A stretch of 32,000 nt of DNA, from positions 3,180,001 to 3,212,000 of the forward strand of contig NC_008312.1 of NCBI RefSeq assembly GCF_000014265.1, given 5' to 3'. The stretch's first letter is position 1. Each line of letters starts with the position of its first letter. The translations under genes were made by a program, and so were the position numbers. The DNA is from Trichodesmium erythraeum IMS101 (lineage in GTDB: Bacteria > Cyanobacteriota > Cyanobacteriia > Cyanobacteriales > Microcoleaceae). Under the pieces are notes generated by a model. The model did not search any database. It was not told where the DNA came from and saw nothing but the letters and a program-made list of their open reading frames with translations. Shown here piece after piece: positions 24,827 to 32,000 of the stretch.

Positions 24827-24852
24827 GGTGCGTTAATTTTCATTAACGCACC
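24827..24852. repeat. Perfect 11-bp stem hairpin (GGTGCGTTAAT tttc ATTAACGCACC) between the convergent glcE and CHRD/RTX genes
   Basis: Read directly from the sequence. No adjacent U-tract exists on either strand, so it may be a repeat-family palindrome rather than an intrinsic terminator. Confidence 0.5.
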
Positions 24853-24997
24853 ACATCTTAAGACCAAAACCACCAGGAACATTTCTATCTTGATATCTTA
24901 AAAAAGATAGAATTGGCACTTACTACTTCAATTATTCTGAAGAGCTGTTGAGGAAAAATAAACAACTCTTCTAAAAAGCAAATTTGCTTTCAAGCTT

Positions 24998-26956
24998 CTA
25001 CCTAAGTTGAAAATTACTAGTAGCTAAAACTGGACTATTATCTAAATTAGCAAACTCAGCTCCAATACCAAAACCATCTTCACTGCCGTTAGTATTATAA
25101 TATAACGCTCCGCTAACAGAGTTGTAAACAATAGCAGCTTCAGCAGTTTCGGCATCACTTTCACTAGAGACAGTAGCAAAATCATCTTCAGATAAACCAG
25201 CATCAGCAGAACTATCTAGAGCAGTAAAAGTATCCAAGTCAAGCAAGATTCTATCTTGACCAATATTAAAATCAGTAATTCTATCTGTACCTATATCCTG
25301 AGAATTAAATTCTTTATTGGTGTTAAAGATAAATCTATCTATACTGGCTCCACCAGTTAATTCATCGTCTCCAGGACCACCATTCAGGCGATCGCGACCT
25401 TGACCACCATTAAGAGTATCATCACCCCTTCCTCCAAGCAATATATCAAACCCTGGACGACCTTGTAAAAAATCATCACCATCCTGACCCAAAAGAGTAT
25501 CATTACCCCTGGCGCCTATCAGAGTGTCATTACCATCATCACCAAGAATTCGGTCATTGCCTGCCAGTCCATTTAGGCGATCATCTCCAGCAAAACCCCT
25601 TACCTTATCGTCAGCAAAACCTGCTTGAATATTGTTATCCCGTTTATCTCCATTGAAAACCACATTCTCAACAGGAATTACAGTATTCATATTTTCTAAG
25701 ATAACCTGTCCGCGCAACTCACCACTCTGATTATTTTGTGTATGCAGGTTAATATAAACTCCTCCTGACTCTACTGCAGCCACTTCAGTCTCATCCAAAG
25801 TAAAGTTACCAGAGAAGAAACCAGAGTTACCATCAGTTTCAAATACAGTTAAGTTGCGTAAAAATGCACCATTCTCGCCAATTTCTCCCAAATAAAGTTG
25901 AGCCGAGCTTTGAGAATTTCCCTCTGAGTCCTGCTCTGGTCCGACATTAAATAAGTCACTCGACAGCCCAAAAAAACGTCCAAATATATTAAAATTATTG
26001 CCCAAAAGTTCACTAGAAAAGACTCCTCCAGCCTGGGTATTTGAATCTAAGTCAACGACTTGAGATTCTAACATTGGTAAAAATCCTACTAGAGCATCGT
26101 TCCCTGGAGCTGTCTCGTTGACAAGAACTTGTGCGCGTAACTCACCACCCAGATTATTTTCTGTGTGCAAATTCACATAAAAGTTCCCTGACTTTGCAGC
26201 TACGACCTCATCATCACTCAAAGAAAAGGATCCCAAAAATCCACCTGAACCGTCACCATTATCAGTGACATTGAAATTACGGGCAATTCCACCAGTAGAA
26301 TTAGCTAATCCCTGATGCAAGTGAACAGAACTTTCAGCATTTCCCTCTAAGTCTGTACCTCCCACCGAAAATAAATCGCTTGATAAACCTGAAAAAGTTC
26401 CTTGTATTATCAGTGTATTATCATCCAGAGTCGCATTTATTATTCCTTCAGCGGGACTATCTGCTACTGGGGGTACTTCAAAAGATTCTGACATGGGCAA
26501 CCCAAGGCCAAATGATATTTGTAAACCATCTAAAAAATTTACCTGTCCCCGTAGTTCTCCACTTGGGTTATTTTCTGTGTGGAGATTTATATAAAACGCG
26601 TCTGCTTTTGCTGTTTCTAGCTCTGGATCTGTGAGGGTAAAAGCTCCATTAAATCTACCAGAACGATCATCAATTTCAAATCTATTTAAGTTGCGGACAA
26701 TACCTCCATTCTGACCTATTTCACCCTGATGAAGATGAATGGGGCTTTCAATATTTTCCTCTGAGTCTACTCCTCCTAAAGGAAGTAGAGGACTTGATAG
26801 CTCCTTAAATTTGCCATCTATTAATAATATATTATCAAGTAATAATGCAGTAAAACCCCCTACAGCTGGACTATCTTCTACAGGTGGAACTTCCTGTTGT
26901 TCTGAGATAAATAAAGAAGGTCCAAAAAAAAATTTGTCAAATGAATAACGAGCCAT
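24998..26956 (-). CDS. Three-CHRD-domain protein with C-terminal RTX (hemolysin-type) calcium-binding repeats
   Basis: Three internal repeats of about 130 aa each end in (Y/F)(I/V)NLHT(E/Q)NNxxGELR(G/A)QV, the CHRD signature. They are followed by GDDGNDTLIGARGNDTLLGQDGDDFLQG...GGRGDDTLNGGQGRDRLNGGPGDDELTGG. There is no N-terminal signal peptide, which fits C-terminal type I secretion. Confidence 0.9.
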   Translation of the reverse strand: MARYSFDKFFFGPSLFISEQQEVPPVEDSPAVGGFTALLLDNILLIDGKFKELSSPLLPLGGVDSEENIESPIHLHQGEIGQNGGIVRNLNRFEIDDRSGRFNGAFTLTDPELETAKADAFYINLHTENNPSGELRGQVNFLDGLQISFGLGLPMSESFEVPPVADSPAEGIINATLDDNTLIIQGTFSGLSSDLFSVGGTDLEGNAESSVHLHQGLANSTGGIARNFNVTDNGDGSGGFLGSFSLSDDEVVAAKSGNFYVNLHTENNLGGELRAQVLVNETAPGNDALVGFLPMLESQVVDLDSNTQAGGVFSSELLGNNFNIFGRFFGLSSDLFNVGPEQDSEGNSQSSAQLYLGEIGENGAFLRNLTVFETDGNSGFFSGNFTLDETEVAAVESGGVYINLHTQNNQSGELRGQVILENMNTVIPVENVVFNGDKRDNNIQAGFADDKVRGFAGDDRLNGLAGNDRILGDDGNDTLIGARGNDTLLGQDGDDFLQGRPGFDILLGGRGDDTLNGGQGRDRLNGGPGDDELTGGASIDRFIFNTNKEFNSQDIGTDRITDFNIGQDRILLDLDTFTALDSSADAGLSEDDFATVSSESDAETAEAAIVYNSVSGALYYNTNGSEDGFGIGAEFANLDNSPVLATSNFQLR

Positions 26957-27060
26957 TATAAATCTCCTTTCTAGTTGTAAAACTAATACAAAGCTTTAAA
27001 TTCGGTAAAAAATTGATGTGTACAGACATTACATGCAACATCTCTTGCTTTTACTGGAGC

Positions 27061-27107
27061 CGTCGGCGGTTTTTCATCAATAGGTATTGATGGTTAAGGA
27101 GACCGCC
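27061..27107 (-). promoter_or_regulatory. Nested hairpin in the 5' leader/upstream region of the CHRD/RTX gene
   Basis: The inner stem is a perfect 8 bp, catcaata (27074-27081) with tattgatg (27084-27091). The outer stem pairs ggcggt (27064-27069) with accgcc (27101-27106). It lies 105-150 nt upstream of the start at 26956. Confidence 0.3.
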
Positions 27108-27589
27108 CAACCTAAATTAAATTTGTACTTAGGTTTAAGTCTGAATCTATTAGGGACCTACACTGTGAAAAATTATAAGAAAAATTATAAGTTCTCATAC
27201 TTAATAAGTTTGAGATTTATTCTTATAGATTTCATGTATAAGTGAGTAAATAATATTAATAGATTTTTTGATTATATCGTTATCTTTGATTAAGTCAATG
27301 CTCTCCAATTTTTGTATTAGCTTTATATTAGGCTAGTATAACTGACTTATTGAACTATATATAATATAACCTAAAGTTAGTATTGGTGAAATTATGCACA
27401 CCAAGGTTATTTCATGGAACTTTGAAAATTGATTTACTAATTTTATTTTATTTATTAACTTTTTAGTATGACAGAGCGTAGTATAAAATTATGAGTTAAT
27501 ATTCAATCCTACTTTCATTATTAATTATCAAAAAAATTAATGTATAATATTATTTATGAACTTTAGGATTGAAAAAAATCATATAAAAA

Positions 27590-29005
27590 ATGGATCTCAA
27601 AGACATAAGTATTCAAAGTAATCCAACAATTCCAGCGAAAGATAGCAAATTTTTACAGCAAAATCCACACTTGCAATCTGACTTAGATCACTCTAGTTTT
27701 GACTCTAAAAATCCACCATCACCAGAATTAATTGGTGCCTGCGTCCACTGTGGATTTTGTTTATCAACATGTCCTAGTTATCGAGTAATAGGCAAAGAAA
27801 TGGATTCTCCCAGGGGCAGAATTTATGTTATGGATGCTATTAACAATGGAGAAGCATCTTTAAATCAAACAAGTTCTCAACATTTTGATACTTGCTTAGG
27901 TTGTCTCGCTTGTGTAACTACTTGCCCTTCAGGAGTTAGATATGATAAATTAATTGCTGCAACTCGCCCACAAGTAGAACGAAACATTCCCCGTTCATTA
28001 CCTGATAAATTAATTCGTAGTCTGATATTTAATTTATTTCCTTATCCTAATAGATTACGACCTTTACTTATTCCTTTATTTATTTATCAAAAATTAGGAT
28101 TTAACAAACTAATTCGTAGTAGCAAATTACTTGATAAAATATCTCCTAGATTAGCAGCAATGGAATCTATTCTACCAGAAATTACAGTTGATTCTTTCTC
28201 TAATAATTATCCAAATATTATTCCGGCTGAAGGAGAAAAACGTTATCGAGTTGGTTTGATTTTAGGTTGTGTTCAAAGAATATTTTTCTCCTCTGTTAAT
28301 ATGGCAACAATTCGAGTTTTAACTGCTAATGGTTGTGAAGTTGTGATTCCTAAAAGTCAAGGTTGTTGTGCTGCATTGCCAGAACATCAAGGACAAACCG
28401 AACAAGCTCATGCTTTGGCAAAACAAATGATCGATAGTTTTGTAAATACAGGAGTTGATGCAGTTATTATTAATGCTGCTGGTTGTGGTCACACTCTTAA
28501 AGAATACGATAATATTCTACAGGATGATTCTGAGTATTGTGACAAGGCAAAAGAATTTTCTAATAAAGTTAAAGATGTGCAAGAATTCTTAGCAAATGTA
28601 GGATTGACAGCTAAACTTTATCCTTTGGTTGAGGAAGAAGAATTGACTATAGTTTATCAAGATGCTTGCCATTTGTTGCACGGTCAAAAAATTAGTTTAG
28701 AACCTAGAAAATTGCTGCTAAAAATTCCTGGGGTGAAGTTGCGTGAACCTATAGATGCAGCTTTATGTTGTGGAAGTGCGGGAGTCTATAATATGCTACA
28801 ACCGGAAACAGCTAATGAATTAGGAGAACAAAAAGTAGAAAACTTATTGAATACAGGTGCAGAATTAATTGCTTCTCCTAATCCTGGATGTTCTTTACAA
28901 ATTAAAAAGCATTTAGATTTGCAAGGTAATAATATGAGTTTAATGCACCCAATAGAATTATTAGATTATTCAATTCGGGAGGTAAAGTTAAATCTAAAAA
29001 AGTAA
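27590..29005 (+). CDS. glcF: Glycolate oxidase/dehydrogenase iron-sulfur subunit GlcF-like
   Basis: There are two ferredoxin-type clusters, CVHCGFCLSTCP and CLGCLACVTTCP. Two CCG-type cysteine-rich repeats follow (GCVQ...GCCA; QDACHL...CCGSAG...NPGC). Confidence 0.9.
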   Translation: MDLKDISIQSNPTIPAKDSKFLQQNPHLQSDLDHSSFDSKNPPSPELIGACVHCGFCLSTCPSYRVIGKEMDSPRGRIYVMDAINNGEASLNQTSSQHFDTCLGCLACVTTCPSGVRYDKLIAATRPQVERNIPRSLPDKLIRSLIFNLFPYPNRLRPLLIPLFIYQKLGFNKLIRSSKLLDKISPRLAAMESILPEITVDSFSNNYPNIIPAEGEKRYRVGLILGCVQRIFFSSVNMATIRVLTANGCEVVIPKSQGCCAALPEHQGQTEQAHALAKQMIDSFVNTGVDAVIINAAGCGHTLKEYDNILQDDSEYCDKAKEFSNKVKDVQEFLANVGLTAKLYPLVEEEELTIVYQDACHLLHGQKISLEPRKLLLKIPGVKLREPIDAALCCGSAGVYNMLQPETANELGEQKVENLLNTGAELIASPNPGCSLQIKKHLDLQGNNMSLMHPIELLDYSIREVKLNLKK

Positions 29006-29411
29006 ATAATAAACTAGTCTAATTTATGTCTAAACAGGAAGCGATCGCTCTGTTTTTGAAAATAAAAAATAGTAAGTATTAGTATTATTAGGCATACTAT
29101 TAGCCAGAAAAAAATAGATATCGCTTTTCTTTTTTTGTCAGAGATAAAAATCATTCAGGAATTTGAGGAAAAACTGTAGAGGTTTGCTATTTAAACTCAG
29201 GGCAAAAATAAGATAAAAAGACAAAACCCCGGGTTGATAAAATCTTATAACCTATTTCCCAAAAACTCTAATAAAAAAAACTCAAAAATATCCCGGCTTC
29301 TTACCCGAAAATAATTTTGTGGTCTAATTAAATGAAAAGTCATAAACCACATTGTCACAATCAAAACCTTGTAACGTCCCGACTCTCCTACGGAAAAATT
29401 AGTCAGAGATT

Positions 29412-29430
29412 ACTTTTGACTTTTGACTTT
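29412..29430. repeat. Heptamer repeat ACTTTTG x about 2.7, same family as 1518-1552
   Basis: Read directly as acttttg acttttg acttt. Confidence 0.7.
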
Positions 29431-29479
29431 CCAATAGGGGATAATTTGTGAGTTAAAAACTGGAGGAAAATTTTATCAA

Positions 29480-30550
29480 ATGAAGCGCTCTCTATTTTTA
29501 TTTATAAGTTTAGCTGTTTTAAGTTTAACATCCTGTAGCGCTGCCAAGGAAGTTCAGGAATTAATTCAGGAATTAATTGATCCCACGCCACCACAGACAT
29601 CGACCACATCTCCTGTTAAACAAAAAGAACAAAGAAAGTTATTTCCAATTCAGCAAAAAGGAAAATATGGTTATATCAATAAAATGGGCAAAATATTGAT
29701 TCCACCAAAATTTGAACAGGTGAAAAATTTCTCAGAGGGATTAGCAGCAGTAAAAATTGGAGAAAAATGGGGTTATATTAATGAAATGGGAAAAATAGTC
29801 ATCAGCCCAAAATTTGATTCTGCTTTACGTTTTTCCCAAGGGTTAGCACCAGTGAAAAAAGTTGCTCAAAGATGGAGCTATATTAACCAGAATGGAGAAA
29901 TAGTAATTCAACCAGAGTTTGAAGATGCAGTCTATTTTTCCGAAGGGTTAGCACGAGTTACAATTGATGGTAACTGGGGTTATGTTGATAGAATGGGCAA
30001 AATAGTAATCAAATCAAAATATGGAGGACAAACTGGGCGGGGTTTTTTTGTTGAGGGATTAGCTGCTGTGAGGGTCGGGGCTGGCTATAAATATGGATAT
30101 ATAGATCAGGCTGGAGAAATGGTCATTACAGAACAATATAATTTTGCTGGAGACTTTGTTAATGGTTTAGCGAGGGTTCAAATTTTTGATGTTTGGGGGT
30201 ATATTGATAAAACTGGTAGAGAAGTCATTAGACCAAACTTTGAATTTAGTCAAGATTTTTCTGAGGGTTTAGCAGCAGTTAAAATTAAAGATAAGTATGG
30301 CTATATTGATGTTTCCGGAAAAAGAGTTATTCAACCGAAGTATGATTATGCTGGCAGTTTTTCTGAAGGTCTAGCAGAAGTAAGGATAGATGACAAATAT
30401 GGCTACATTAATGCTAAGAATGAGATCATTATTGAGCCGGAGTTTGATAATGCTTTTGCTTTTTCTAATGGTATTGCAGAAGTGTGGGTAGATGACAAAA
30501 AGGGTTACATAGATAAAATTGGTAGGTTTGTCTGGAATTTAAGTAATTGA
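29480..30550 (+). CDS. WG-repeat (KWG-type) lipoprotein
   Basis: There is a lipoprotein signal, LAVLSLTSC. Nine repeats of the pattern (K/W)(W/Y)GYI(N/D)xxGxxVIxPxFDxAxxFSEGLAxV follow. Confidence 0.9.
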   Translation: MKRSLFLFISLAVLSLTSCSAAKEVQELIQELIDPTPPQTSTTSPVKQKEQRKLFPIQQKGKYGYINKMGKILIPPKFEQVKNFSEGLAAVKIGEKWGYINEMGKIVISPKFDSALRFSQGLAPVKKVAQRWSYINQNGEIVIQPEFEDAVYFSEGLARVTIDGNWGYVDRMGKIVIKSKYGGQTGRGFFVEGLAAVRVGAGYKYGYIDQAGEMVITEQYNFAGDFVNGLARVQIFDVWGYIDKTGREVIRPNFEFSQDFSEGLAAVKIKDKYGYIDVSGKRVIQPKYDYAGSFSEGLAEVRIDDKYGYINAKNEIIIEPEFDNAFAFSNGIAEVWVDDKKGYIDKIGRFVWNLSN

Positions 30551-30576
30551 TAGCGCTTATATAGCAACTATCATAC

Positions 30577-30770
30577 TGGAGGGTACAAAGTTGTATCTGG
30601 CGCGAGAGTAGGGATCAGGTAGGGATGTGGCAAGTGCTAGCACAAGTCAGAATTCAGCAGTCAGAAGTAATATCTGAGTGCATTTGAGCATTTAGCTATG
30701 TGCGCCCCTAATATTCCACAACTATACAACATCCCTACTCCTGCTCAATAGCCCGCGCTGAATTTTTTTT
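30577..30770 (+). other. Long imperfect hairpin ending in a T8 tract (terminator, MITE or small RNA)
   Basis: A perfect 10-bp pairing joins gtagggatgt (30619-30628) and acatccctac (30729-30738). A GC clamp pairs gcgcg (30600-30604) with cgcgc (30754-30758). A T8 run lies at 30763-30770. The GTAGGGA motif recurs at 19869 and near 600. Confidence 0.4.
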
Positions 30771-30892
30771 GATAAATACTATATGCTTCCTACTTTTTGC
30801 CTTTTACTGTCTAACTTTTGGGAGTTTTTAACGATCATAATAGCTAATGCTATGATTAAATTATATTTTCCATCTTAATAAGAAGCAAAATT

Positions 30893-31867
30893 ATGTCCCA
30901 GACTTTCAACCAAGGATACGCTGTTGTTATCGGAGTAGGTGATGATTTGCCGATCACAATTGATGATGCTACTGCCATTGCCAATGTATTGGGTGATTTA
31001 TCTCGTTGCGCCTATCCTACTGATCAAGTGCGTTTACTAACAGGTGAAAAAGCAAACCGTGCCAATGTTCTATCTGCTTTGAGCTGGCTGGCTGAGACCA
31101 CGGGAAAAGATGACACGGCGATCGTTTATTTTTCTGGTCATGGAATTGAAAAACCAGATTATTATTTGATGCCTTATGGTTATAATTTAGAAAATTTGGA
31201 GGGTACAGCTATTCGAGGCGAAACTTTTACGGAGTGTCTGAGAGCTATTAAAACTAAAAAATTACTGGTACTGTTAGACTGCTGCCATGCTGGTGGACAG
31301 GCAGACCCTAAGGGAATTATAAAATCACCTCTACCTCCATCGGCGATCGCTCAGTTGGGGAGCAGTAGTGGTAGGGTTATACTTGCTTCTTCGCGAAAAG
31401 ATGAACTATCTTGGACGGGAAAGCCATACAGTGTTTTTACTGTAGCATTGTTGGAGGCTTTGGCTGGTTATGGCATATTTGAACAAGACGGCTATGCTCG
31501 CGTTTTGGATCTTGCTATGTGGGTCGGACGCAAAGTCCCAGAACGTACAGGGGATGAACAGCACCCTATCATCAAGGTCTCTAATTTAGAGGATAATTTT
31601 GCTTTGGCTTGGTATGCTGGGGGGGAGAAAAGTGTGCGCCCATTGCCAAAATGGGAAACTAATATTCCATCTATTACACCAGGGTTGGATATTGAACAGG
31701 TGGCTACCTGGCGACGGATGTTGGCTAACTATCGTGAAAATCTTCTGTTAATTGAAGAACGCATGAGTGAATTTGTTGAATTTACTGATGTTCCACTAAC
31801 ACTTTTGAAAAATAAACGTCGGATAGAGGCGGAAATAACTAAGTTGGAAAAAAAATTGGGGGGTTAA
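30893..31867 (+). CDS. Caspase-like (peptidase C14, orthocaspase-type) protein with C-terminal helical extension
   Basis: The p20-like core is YAVVIGVG...IVYFSGHG (catalytic His context) and LLVLLDCCHAGG (catalytic Cys context). The last about 75 aa (QVATWRRMLANYRENLLLIEERMSEF...RRIEAEITKLEKKL) look helical or coiled. Confidence 0.85.
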   Translation: MSQTFNQGYAVVIGVGDDLPITIDDATAIANVLGDLSRCAYPTDQVRLLTGEKANRANVLSALSWLAETTGKDDTAIVYFSGHGIEKPDYYLMPYGYNLENLEGTAIRGETFTECLRAIKTKKLLVLLDCCHAGGQADPKGIIKSPLPPSAIAQLGSSSGRVILASSRKDELSWTGKPYSVFTVALLEALAGYGIFEQDGYARVLDLAMWVGRKVPERTGDEQHPIIKVSNLEDNFALAWYAGGEKSVRPLPKWETNIPSITPGLDIEQVATWRRMLANYRENLLLIEERMSEFVEFTDVPLTLLKNKRRIEAEITKLEKKLGG

Positions 31868-31905
31868 CTACTGAGGCCGAATAGTTAAAAGTTGGAGAAA
31901 TGTTA

Positions 31906-32000
31906 ATGAATATTGAAAGTATGCTGATTATCTACTATCATAGATTAAGTTTTTTTCAAAAAATTACAGTTTTTTTTCATGGTTTACCAGCTCAAATGAA
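31906..32000 (+). CDS. Start of an unidentified ORF running off the window
   Basis: The ATG at 31906 lies 9 nt after ggag (31894-31897). The frame is open to the window end (MNIESMLIIYYHRLSFFQKITVFFHGLPAQM...). It is too short to identify. Confidence 0.25.
   Translation, partial: MNIESMLIIYYHRLSFFQKITVFFHGLPAQM

Noticed and set aside
29006-29070. Intrinsic terminator after glcF around aaacaggaagcgatcgctctgttttt.
   Set aside because: The apparent stem is mostly the HIP1 palindrome itself, which leaves no loop. Pairing of the flanks is poor when centred correctly.

Overview
This is an AT-rich cyanobacterial chromosomal segment. By eye there are more than 20 copies of the HIP1 octamer GCGATCGC, plus STRR-like heptamer tandem repeats and hairpin repeat families, which suggests a filamentous, Nostocales-like genome (inference). 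I recognise about 20 intact genes. On the minus strand: rimK (truncated at the window edge) with its partner zinc-protease-like gene, gcvT, an S9 prolyl-oligopeptidase-family peptidase, and a 3xCHRD + RTX calcium-binding protein that lies between glcE and glcF. On the plus strand: a short squalene/phytoene-synthase paralog, a polytopic Cys-motif membrane protein with a C-terminal EF-hand pair, a secreted thermonuclease-Excalibur protein, a sodium:solute symporter, a central run of envelope-targeted genes (COP23, two trypsin-like serine proteases, a membrane Ser/Thr kinase), a methyltransferase, glcE, glcF, a WG-repeat lipoprotein and a caspase-like (C14) protein. The region 3-12.5 kb is littered with decayed insertion sequences: IS66-like, IS701-like and IS4-like remnants, and an internally deleted IS1-like element that keeps its terminal inverted repeats. 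I saw no tRNA, rRNA or CRISPR array. The most unusual signal is compositional. The two protease genes are strongly G>C on the + strand, and the 3' half of the second becomes almost A/C-free and ends in a Trp/Gly/Val-rich tail. The kinase gene, 320 bp downstream on the same strand, has the mirror-image bias: it is A+C-rich, G-poor, and has lost the glycines of its P-loop. The switch falls in a repeat-filled spacer at 18.03-18.35 kb. All function calls come from motif recognition in the supplied or hand translations. No database search was possible.
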